Origin: Squalus acanthias
Lineage: Eukaryota
Assembly: GCA_030390025.1 (NCBI GenBank)
Contig: CM059431.1
Location: 134,604,001-134,668,000 of the forward strand
DNA: 64,000 nt
Direction: 5' to 3'
A program made the position numbers and the translations under genes. The notes under the pieces were generated by a model. It did not search any database. It worked only from the letters and a program-made list of their open reading frames with translations, and was not told the DNA's origin. This document shows positions 34,234-44,986 of this stretch, in pieces; the stretch's first letter is position 1; the number at the start of each line of letters is the position of its first letter.

Positions 34234-36104
34234 TTGCAGGGTCAACGACAGAAAGCTGCCCAGAGATTCAGTGATGCCTCCCTGCAAATCCTGCTCCAAG
34301 GAGTCAGGGCCCGCGGGGACGTACTGTTCCCTGGTGACGGGAGGAAGAGGCCAGCAGCCGAGACAAAGAGGGTCTGGCTGGAGATCGCGGAAGAAGTGAG
34401 CAGCAGGAGTATGATAGGCAGGTCCTGGATACAGTGCAGGAAGCACTTTAACGACCTCATGAGGTCAGGAAAGGTGAGTACAATGCCGCATTCAACTACA
34501 TCCTGATGTGCGTGTCACCCCCAACCCCCTCATTCTGCCTTCCCAACCTACTCCTGCATATCACTCCTCACACCAATCTAACTTGCAGGTGCGCCCATCG
34601 TTCTCTGTCTATGCACCTACTCACGTCCCCATCTGACCATCCACCACTGACACTTGCCCTCATCTTAATGCAATGTCACACCTCTCGCTCATAGTCACCC
34701 TCTACGGATGTTACCAATCCATCCACTCCACTCATTCCATGATTCTCACTCAAAGGTCTCTTGTTTCCCTCCTTGCAGGAGAAGAGAACACAAAACACCC
34801 AGGAGAGGCAGAAGGTGGTGCCTCTGGTGACAGAGCCAGTGGTGACTCTACAGTGATGAAATCAGTGGCTGCAGCAGAGGAGGAGACGCTGGAGATAAGC
34901 AGAGTTGCTGAGCTACTGGCAGTGGGAGATGGAGAGAGGGGGAACTCCCAGCTACCCAGTGACAGAATTAAATATCACACAGCCACATGGCATACAACAG
35001 TCACTCATGTTGACTTGATGTCAGCAGCCAGTGAAATATGATAATGTGCATAATGGTAACTTAAAACATTCTTATCTATCATAACAGTTCTAATTCATGT
35101 CTTTACTCTCCCACAGGCCCATCAAGTGCCCCTCACCCCACCACTGTCCAGCCAGTGGGAAGAGGAAGAGGACTCCTCAGAGGAGGTTGTGGACTCTGAG
35201 GGTGCACCATCACACGATCTATGCACACTCAGCACCAGCGCAGATACGCACACGTTGGTGGGTCCACTAAGTCAGAATGTAATGTTGTAATGTGGTGTCT
35301 CCCACATCACATGTGAGCAGGAGCAGATGGTGGAGACAGGGACAGCAGTGGCGAGTCCTCGTTGGAGGGCGCAGGTCGCACCAAGCACTGCTCAGCTGGA
35401 TGAAGATGCTGAACCTCAGGGCCCGTCGACAAAGTGGATGACTCTGGAGGAGCAACAGAAAATACGTGAGGCTCTGGCAGGATATCCAGCCACAATGTAC
35501 TCGCTTGCAGGGAGAATGGAGGAGTCCATCTCCAACATGAGCAGCATGATGTTGCAGGCCATGGCGATGATGTGTTTGACCATGGAAAGGGTGGACACCT
35601 GCACGGAGCATCAAATGCGGCATTCAAACGAGTGCATGCTTGCTGTGAACAACAGCTTGCAGACTCTGAATACCACTTTATCCAGGATGGATAGAAACCT
35701 AGACTTGGCCGTTCATTGCCCCACTGATGTGCAGCAAGGTGCTCTCCAGTTCCTTGCTAGCAGGGAAGTGCGGGTGGGCCATGAGAGGGATGATGGTGAG
35801 AGGGGACATGGAAGTGCGGACTCTGCTCAAAGCGCTCCGACTTCTCCCCCGTTACCGCCCCCCGCCCCACCAGTCAGAGCCCCACATGCTGCCTCGTATA
35901 CCGATGGCCGAGTCTGTCCCTGCACAGGTGCAGGAGGAGCAGTCTTTGGCGGGGCCCCCACAGGCTCCAAAACCCAGAGGACGTCCGCCAATAGTATCTA
36001 AACAGTCAGAGCAGGTATGTGAGCTGCCTGCCTCTACCTCTGCTGAAGCCACAGGGGTTGCATGGCGTAGGAATGGCAGGAAGAGGAAGATTAAAGAATT
36101 CTAG
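34234..36104 (+). pseudogene. Three-exon Myb/SANT-like partner gene (exon 1 34234-34473; exon 2 from 34779; exon 3 from 35117)
   Basis: RFSDASLQILLQGV..VWLEIAEEV..RSWIQCRKHFNDL; AAG|GTGAGT donor; ttgcAG and cacAG acceptors; ends PKPRGRPP..RKRKIKEF*. Stops and frameshifts. Confidence 0.88.
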
Positions 36105-36401
36105 ATGCACAAGGGTATGCACATGGTTGTGTTACAAAATGTTAGATTGTTAAGTTTCTGTTTACTTTTTGAGCCACATAAAATTATTTCTTTGTACCAC
36201 TGTCCCATCTTGTCCATTTTTGCCTGCTGCCTGGCAAGTGGCCTTGTCAGTTGGAGTGAATGGTAAGATGTTATTTAACCTTGAGCAATGGGTGTGTGCG
36301 ACAGGAATGGTTTGGTCATTTTAGGACTGCTTTGTGGTGGGGTGCAGGGTGGGGGAAAGTTGGTTCAGCATCTGGGTGCCATATAGGTGCACTGGTGCAG
36401 C

Positions 36402-37590
36402 TTAACTAAATCGTGCCATTATGAGGCCATCCCGGGCCTCCCCGGCAGCAATGTGGGCCGCTGCTGGTGCTATGTCCACTTCAGGTTCCTCCTCCTCCAA
36501 CTCCTCCGAAGAGGCTCTGTGCTCTGCGCCTTGCTCCTCCAGCAGCTCCAATCCTCGCTGCTGCATTATGTTGTGCAGAGCGCAGCATACCACAATCATT
36601 CTGGAGTCCCTGGCTGCTGCGTCCTGAAGGGCTCCTCCAGATCTGTCCAGGTATCTGAAGCGCATCTTCAGCATCCTGATTGCTTGCTCTATTACACATC
36701 TTATCGTCACTTGGCTTTGATTCTAGCACTCTTCAGCCTCAATGCTTAGCCTCCTTAAGGGTGTCATCAGCCACGTCTTCAGTGGGTACCCCTTGTCTCC
36801 AAGCAGCCAACCGGTAAGTCTGATCGGAGGTACGAAGAGCTGAGGGAGGGTGGACTGGCGCAGGATGAATGAACCATGACAGCTCCCTGGGAATCTGGCA
36901 CACACATGCATGATGATCTTTTTGTGGTTGCAGACAAGCTGCACATTATTGGAGTGGAAGCCCTTACGGTTCACGAACACTCCTGGATGATCTGGGGGTG
37001 CCTTGATGGCCACATGTGTGCAGTCGATGATGCCCTGCACCTGTGGGAAGACAGCTAGCGCTGCAAAGCCGAATGCCCGCTCAAACTGATTGGCTTTATC
37101 GGTGGCAAAGTGTACATAAGTGCGTGCCTTGTCAAACATGGCATCAGTCACCTGGGTGATGTATTTGTGAGCAGCCCGACTGCGAGATCCTGCAAATATC
37201 TTTTGCAGATCCCTGGAAGGAGCTTGATGCGAAGAAGTTGAAGGCGGTGATGACTTTGACAGCCACTGGTAAGGCGTGTCCACCAGGTCCACTTGGCAGC
37301 AGGTCTTCTTCCAGCAGGCTCCAAATGTCTGCCACGACCTGACGTGATACCCTGAGCCACTGGTGTTCAGTCATGTCCGTGAAACTGATCCTCTGCCTTT
37401 TTACCCTGTGTTGGGGGTATCGCCTCCTGCGAGCTACACCCCTGTGCTCATCCCCTCTCTCCTGTGGATCGGCAGGTCAGTGAGGAGAAGGCTGCTGCTG
37501 CTCCTGTTAGTGTTGCTGGTGTTGTTGCTGCTGGGGCTCATCTTGGTCCTCATCTAAGGTCCAAGGTGAAACAGCATAAGCAGCACCCAT
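36402..37590 (-). pseudogene. Intronless HARBI1-like DDE transposase pseudogene
   Basis: [67 protein letters not shown]. Several stops and a frameshift. Confidence 0.93.
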
Positions 37591-37605
37591 GCTGATCTGA
37601 TATTT

Positions 37606-37804
37606 GTGAGAAGTCGCACAACACCAGGTTATAGTCCAACAGTTTTATTTGAAATCACAAGCTTTCGGAGCGCTGCTCCTTCGTCAGGTGACGCTCCGAA
37701 AGCTTGTGATTTCAAATAAAACTGTTGGACTATAACCTGGTGTTGTGCGACTTCTCACATTTGTCCACCCCAGTCCAACACCGGCATCTCCACATCATGG
37801 CTAC
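37606..37804. mobile_element. Penelope-derived palindromic insertion in the transposase 5' leader
   Basis: Perfect 67-bp inverted arms (37606-37672 / 37692-37758); direct repeat GATCTGATATTTG at 37594 and 37805. Confidence 0.85.
37654..37692 (-). ncRNA. Minimal type I hammerhead ribozyme-like motif
   Basis: GUCAC-CUGACGA-A-GGAGC-AGC-GCUCC-GAAA-GC-UU-GUGAU. Confidence 0.65.
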
Positions 37805-39069
37805 GATCTGATATTTGACAGAAGTAAAGTGGAGATCAGAGGCACAATCCTCCAATATAGTGAGAGTGACTTCCAAAGTTGTAGAAATCACCTGCAAACT
37901 CCTGAAAGCAAACTCTCAGCACAAGTGGTGTCAGCAAGAGCCTTTCCCTTAGGCAAGGAAGCAGGTGTGAGGTTTGACTATTTGTGTGATATTTTTAAGT
38001 GCACTGGTTCAGCTCCCTCACTTGCCGCTGTGCTCTCGCCTTACTTTCACTGGCAAGGTTCAGCAAGCTCGGAATCCCGTGGACAGCCAGTAAAAGCTCC
38101 AACAACAGATAAAAAAGGTTGTTAATAGCTTCTTAACTATTTCCAAATTGGTTTAAATAGGTAACCTGTCTCTCCCAAGGGGGTCTCTCACATGCTGCCT
38201 AACATGCTCGAGTTAAAGGCGGAAGCCAGCGGGTTGAAGCTGGCTTCCCGACACGCTGTCAATTTCAGCACTTTTAACTACCCACCTGCTCCCAAGCCCA
38301 CTCACTTTTTAAAGTTAAAATTCAGCCCAGTGTCTAATTGCAAAAACAAAACACTGATACATCAGTCATGATGTTTGGTTTCTTCTTGTAATAGAAAGGT
38401 GCATACTAAAACAAGGATAATGCACAAGTAATCTACCATTGTTTCAAATTTAATTTTTATGTTGCCATCTTTCTTTCCCAGACACAAGAAAAGCTATTTA
38501 GGCGAATTGGCATTTTGTTGCTGAAGTTTTGTTGTTCAAATACTACAGAGGGAAAGAGAATGTCACAACATACAATCTATAAGGAACAACATGCTTTATG
38601 GATCATAAGAGCACAAGGTCAGTAACCTCACAATGAAATGAGACTTTTCCAACTGCCTTCAAGTTGTAAGAAGGTCAAAGAGAGACATGATCCAAGTCTT
38701 TAAAATGCCCAGAAGCAGAGCTGATGTAGATATAAGCAAGCTACTCAACTTAGACTTCGAGCTATAGGGGTCGATACAGCCTGACATGATCAATACTCCA
38801 TGCAACACAATTGGGTTGGGGCAATGTGCCTGTAGAGGGTGGCAAGGTAGGGAAAATAGCAAAGTCATGGGATAGATGAATATTCTGCAGTTTCAAGGCT
38901 GCTGAGTTGAAGGAATGTTATCTGTGGAGGGCAGCAGACAAAAGCCAAACAGAAGAGATCTGGTAATATTCTGGAGTTTGTATTGCCATCTCTGAGGATC
39001 AGGGAGAATTATACAGAAGTTAAATAGGTGTAATTAGAGCTCCTGACATAGACATGGAAGAAGTAAGCT

Positions 39070-39310
39070 ATGGGAATGGTAGCATAGTGGTAATCTTACT
39101 GAGCTAGTAATCCAGAGGCCTGGACTAATTATCCAGAGACATGAGTTCAAATCCCACCATGACAGCTGGGGAATTTAAATTCAGCAAATAAATCTGGAAT
39201 AAAAAGCTAGTATCAGTATCGGATTGTCGTAAAAACCCATCTGGTTCACTAATGTACTTTAGGGAAGGAAATCTGCCGTCCTCACCTGGTCTGGTCTATA
39301 TGTGACTCCA
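39070..39310 (+). mobile_element. 5' part of a tRNA-derived SINE, different family from 16285
   Basis: Box A-like TAGCATAGTGG and box B-like GAGTTCAAATCC. Confidence 0.6.
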
Positions 39311-41519
39311 TACGAGACGAGGTCCTGTCTTCACACTGAGGACATCCTCCGTCGTGTTGTGTGGCACTACCACCGTGCAAAATGGGATAGATTCAGAACA
39401 GATCTAGCAGCTCAAAACTGGGCATCAGCAGCAGCAGAATTGTATTCCACCACAGTCTGTAACCTCATGACCCAGCATATCCCTCACTCTACCATTACCA
39501 TCAAGCCAGGGGACCAAACCTGGTTCAATAATGAGTGTAGAAGAGCATGCCAGGAGCAGCACAAGGCATACCTAAAAATGAGGTGCCAACCTGGGGAAGC
39601 TGCAACACAGGGCTACATGCATGCTAAAAAGCGGAAGCAGCATGCTATAGACAGGGCTAAGCGATCCCACAATCAACGGATCAGATCAAAGCTCTGCAGT
39701 CCTGTCACATCCAGTCATGAATGGACCATTAAACAACTAATGGGGGGAGGAGGCTCCATGAATATTCCCATCCTCAATGATGGTGGAGCCCAGCACGTGA
39801 GTGCAAAAGACAAGGCTGAAGCGTTTGCAACCATCTTCAGCCAGAAGTGCCAAGTGGATGATCCATATTGGCCTACTCCTGAGGTCCCCACCATCACAGA
39901 AGCCAGTCTTCAGGCAATCCGATTCACTCCACGGGATATCAAGAAACGGCTGAGCGCACTGGATACAGCAAAGGCTGTGGGCCCCGACAACATCCCGGCT
40001 ATCGTGCTGAAGACTTGTGCTCCAGAACTAGCCGTGCCTCTAGCCAAGTTGTTCCAGTACAGCTACAACACTGGCATCTATCCAACAAAGTGGAAAACTG
40101 CCCAGGTAAGTCCTGTCCACAAAAAGCAGGACAAATCCAATCTGGCCAATTACCGCCGCATCAGTCTACTCTCAATCATCAGCAAAGTGATGGAAGGTGT
40201 CATCGACAGTGCTATAACGTGGCATTTACTCACCAATAACCTGCTCACTGATGCCCAGTTTGGGTTCCGCCAAGACCACTCGGCTCCCGCCCTTATTACA
40301 GCCTTGGTCCAAACATAGAGAAAGGAGCTGAATTCCAGAGGTGAGGTGAGAGTGGCTGCCCTTGACATCAAGGCAGTATTTGACCGAGTGTGGCCTCAAG
40401 GAGCCTTAGTAAAACTGAAGTCAATGGGAATCAGGGGGGGAAAACTCTCCACTGGCTGGAGTCATACTAACACAAAGGAAGATGGTTGTGGTGGTTGGAG
40501 GTCAATCATCACAGCCCCAGGACATCGCTGCAGGAGTTCCTCAGGGCAGTGTCCTAGGCCCAACCATCTTCAGCTGCTTCATCAATGACCTTCCCTTCAA
40601 CATAAGGTCAGAAATGGGGATGTTCGCTGATGACTGCACAGTGTTCAGTGCCATTCACAACTCCTCAGATAATGAAGCAGTCCATGCCCGCATGCAACAA
40701 GACGTGGATGACGTTCAGGCTTGGGCTGATAAGTGGCAAGTAACATTCGCGCCACACAAGTGCCAGGCAATGACCATCTCCAATAAGCAAGAGTCTAACC
40801 ACCGCCCCTTGACATTCAACGGCATTACCATCGCCGAATCCCCACCATCAATATCCTGGGGGTCACCATTGACCAGAAACTTAATTGAACCAGCCACATA
40901 AATACTGTGGCAGCAAGAGCAGGTCAGAGGCTGGGTATTCTGCGGCGAGTGTCTCACCTCCTAACTCCCCAAAGCCTTTCCACCGTCTACAAGGCACAAG
41001 TAAGGAGTGTGATGGAATACTCTCCACTTGCCTGGATGAGTGCAGCTCCAACAACACTCAAGAAGCTTGACACCAACCAAGACAAAGCAGCCCGCTTGAT
41101 TGGCACCCCATCCACCACCTTAAACATTCACTCCCTCCACCACCGGCGTACCGTGGCTGCAGTGTGTACCATCTACAAGATGCACTGCAGCAACTCGCCA
41201 AGGCTTCTTCGGCAGCACCTCCCAAACCCGCGACCTCTTCCACCTAGAAGGACAAGGGCAGCAGGCGCATGGGAACACCACCACCTCCAAGGTCCCCTCC
41301 AAGTCACACACCATCCTGACTTGGAAATATATCACTGATTCTTCATCGTCGCTGGGTCAAAATCCTGGAACTCCCTACCTAACAGCACTGTGGGAGTACC
41401 TTCACCACATGGACTGCAGCCGTTCAAGAAGGCGGCCCTTCTCAAGGGCAATTGGGGATGGGCAATAAATGCTGGCCTTGCCAGTGACGCCCACATCCCA
41501 TGAATGATTAAAAAAAAAG
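39311..41519 (+). mobile_element. 5'-truncated CR1/L2-group LINE of a distinct lineage (RT and 3' UTR with A-rich tail)
   Basis: KAVGPDNIP..NYRRISLLS..QFGFR..LDIKAVFDRVW..GVPQGSVLGP..MFADD; frameshifted. Confidence 0.9.
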
Positions 41520-41554
41520 ATCGGCCAAAACTGCCTTCCCTTGCTCATGTTTTC

Positions 41555-42596
41555 ATAGAAACATAGAAGATAGGAGCAGGAGTAGGCCATTCGGCCCCTC
41601 GAGCCTGCTCCGCCATTCGATGAGATCATGGCTGATCATCCAAACTCAGTACCCTGTCCCTGCCTTCTCCCCATATCCCTTGATACCTTTAGCCTTAAGA
41701 AATATATCTAACTCCTTCTTGAATATATTTACTGACTTGGCCTCAACTGCCTTCTGTGGTAGAGAATTCCACAGGTTCACCACTCTCTGGGTGAAGAAAT
41801 TCCTCCTCATCTCTGTCCTAAATGGCTTACCCCTTATCTTTAGACTGTGACCTCTTGTTCTCGACTCACCCGCCATCGGGAATATCCTTCCTGCATCCAG
41901 TCTGTCTAGCCCTGTTAGAATTTTATAAGTTTCAATGAGATCTCCTCTCATTCTTCTATACTCCAGTGAGTATAAGCCCAATCGACCCAATCTCTCCTCG
42001 TACGTCATTCCTGCCATCCCAGGTATCAGTCTGGTGAATCTTCGCTGCACACCCTCCATGGCAAGAACATCCTTCCTCAGATAAGGCGACCAAAACTGCA
42101 CACAATACTCAAGGTGTGGTCTCACCAAGGCCCTGTACAGCTGCAGCAAGACATCCTTGCTCCTGTACTCAAACCCTCTCGCTATGAAGGCCAACATACC
42201 ATTTGCCTTCTTAACCACCTGCTGTACCTGCATGCTTACCTTCAGCGACTGGTGCACAAGGACATCCAGGTCTCGTTGCACTTCCCCTTCTCCCAATCTA
42301 TTGCCGTTCAAATAATAATCTGCCTTTCTGTTTTTGCCACCAAAGTGGATAACCTCGCATTTATCCACATTATACTGCATCTGCCATGCTTCTGCCCAAT
42401 CACCCAACCTGTCCAAATCATACTGGAGTTTCTCGGCATCCTCCTCACAGCACACACGCCCACCCAGCTTTGTATCATCTGCAAACTTGGAGATATTACA
42501 TCTAGTTCCCTCGTCTAGATCATTAATATATATAATGAATAGCTGGGGTCCTAGGACCGATCCCTGCAATACCCCACTAGTCACTGCCTGCCACAG
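41555..42596 (-). mobile_element. Young 5'-truncated CR1 with an open 312-aa ORF2 C-terminus
   Basis: Near-identical in reverse to about 46883-47920. Confidence 0.93.
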
Positions 42597-43914
42597 TTAT
42601 GTTAGTTGTCCATGGCTTGCAGTCTGGGGGTAATGCTACCTTTACATTAATTACACTGCATCCTGATACCTTTGAACCTACCTTCAATGTCATCATTCTG
42701 CATATAAAGCTGAACTGAACCACCTCAGTGCTATGCTGACATCTAGATTAGTTAAACATATTTAATGTCACTGTCAGTATCTGCTAAAAAACATTCAACT
42801 AATAAAACATACCAGAATATGCTTAATTAAACATGACCTACTTACTGTGACAATTTTCCCTCTGAGGAAATACTTCCCTGAGTAGCGGTCAGAACATCCA
42901 GTGTTTTATGAAAAAGCTTTGAAGTACAGCTTATATTCTTCAGATGCCAGATTGAAATACAGCATGTAAAATTACAATATCTTTGATTATTTCAGTGTTG
43001 CATTGATTAAAACAAAATGAAGTTGTCTAATGCACATGCACCAAATCAATGTACATTCAATGATTTGTGAGATAGTTTTATTTTTATCAGTGTCACTTGT
43101 ACAAGGTTGCTCTTTTTAGCCTACTTTATTCCTGCCCTGAAGGGCTGGAGAGAAAAACTGAAATAGAGCTGCAGACAACAGGCACTTAACTATCCTGTAG
43201 CTAGGGAGAAGAAAAATAACTGACAATGTAATTGATGAGCTAAATTTTGAAAGCAATTATGATAAAAGCAGAGATTCAGAGGATTATTTAGATAATCAAA
43301 GGAAACACACTAGTATCTCCATCACACCATATCTTTGTGAATACTGTCCATGCAGGTAGAAAGGGTTTGTCAACAGCTGGAAACACAGACCAAAAGGAGT
43401 TCAATTTATAAAATGTAAATAAATGGGTAAGGAAAAAGTAAAATAAGAATCCTTCAAAGGAACATGAAAAGCAAAAGAGAAAGTGGGGAGGAGCTGAGAA
43501 AGGAAAATACAGTTCGGGTGGACACGGGAGAGGCCAATGTCGGGAGCGGAGAGAGCAGCAGCACAGCAAGTATTTAAACTCACTTTCGCGGGCTTTTTTC
43601 AGAGGCTTACCAATCTCACAGACCGGCAGCGGCGTTCCAGAGCCACGTCACAATTCAAAAAGTGACGGGGACAAGAGGAAGCAGCTGATTGGGTGAGTAT
43701 GGCCAGGTGAGTATTTATACTACTCTGTAGTTTGACAGTTAAGGTTAATAGTTTATAAAGTTCAGAAGGTCCTAATTTTTGTGATTATAGTTTCTAAGGT
43801 CTCTGTTGTGTAGCAGGGAAAGCTAGTATACAAGGGCCCTTGAGTATCTCATTTAATTCTCGTGTAATTTGTGGTATTGATTTGAATTAATTTAAATTAA
43901 TTAAGGGGTAAGTC

Positions 43915-44864
43915 ATGGCAGCACAGCTCGGCCCCGTGGCATGCTCCTCCTGCACTATGTGGGAAATCAGGGACACTTCCTGTGTCCCTGTTGACCATGT
44001 GTGCGGGAAGTGCATCCAGCTGCAGCTACTGGCAGACCGCATTGCGGCGCTGGAGCTGCGAATGGATGCATACTGGAGCATTCGTGATGCTGAAGACATC
44101 GTGGTTAGCACGTTTAAGGAGTTGGTCACACCGCAGGTAAAGGCTGCACAGGCAGGAAGGGAATGGGTGGCCAGCAGGCAGAGTAGTAGGCGCAGGCAGG
44201 TAGTGCAAGGGTCCCCTGTGGACATCCCCCTCTCAAACAGATATACCACTTTGGATATTGTTGAGGGAGATGGCTTATCGGGGGAAGCAGCAGCAGCCAA
44301 CTTCCTGGCGCCATGGGTGGTTCTGCTGCACAGGACGGGAGGGAAAAGAGCGAGAGAGCTATAGTGATAGGGGGTTCTATTGTAAGGGGAATAGATAGGC
44401 ATTTCTGCGGCCGCAAACGAGACTCCAGGTTGGTATATTGCCTCCCTGGTGCAAGGGTCAAGGATGTCTCGGAGCGGCTGCAGGGCATTCTGGAGGGGGA
44501 GGGTGAACAGCCAGTTGTCGTGGTGCATATAGGTACCAACGATATAGGTAAAAAACAGGATGAGGTCCTAAAAGCTGAATATAGGGAGTTAGGAGGTAAA
44601 TTTAAAAATAGGACCTCAAAGGTAGTAATCTCTGAATTGCTACCGGTGCCACGTGCTAGTCAGAGTAGAAATAGAAGGATATTTCAGATGAATACGTGGC
44701 TAGAGGAATGGTGCAAGGGGAAGGGATTCAAATACCTGGGACATTGGAACCGGTTCTGGGGGAGGTGATACCAGTACAAACTGGACGGTTTGCACCTGGG
44801 CAGGACCGGGACCGATGTCCTAGGGGGAGTGTTTGCTAGTGCTGTTGGGGAGGGTTTAAACTAA
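43915..44864 (+). pseudogene. CR1 ORF1: zinc finger/leucine zipper plus SGNH esterase, with one frameshift and one internal stop
   Basis: CSSC..CGKC..LELRM; VIGGSIVR (GDS motif altered), CLPGARV, VHIGTND, DGLHL..GEGLN*. Confidence 0.88.
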
Positions 44865-44986
44865 AATGGCAGGGGGTTGGGAACCTGTGCAGGGAAACAG
44901 AGGAACGGGAAGCAAGGATAGAAGCAAAAGACAGGAAGGAGAAAAGCAAAAGTGGAAGACAGAGAAATCAAGGGTGTAAATCAAAC

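Larger units (their letters stand above)
33903..38328. mobile_element. Full-length but decayed PIF/Harbinger transposon (copy C, about 4.4 kb), about 200 bp upstream of a UGGT2 exon acceptor
   Basis: TIR GGCCTGAATTTT / AAAATTCAGCCC; convergent Myb and transposase genes. TSD ambiguous (CAG if the ends are moved in 1 nt). Confidence 0.92.

Noticed and set aside
36402..37590. Domesticated HARBI1 or NAIF1/MSANTD host genes
   Set aside because: Multiple stops and frameshifts, enclosure by TIRs and several paralogous copies indicate transposon relics.
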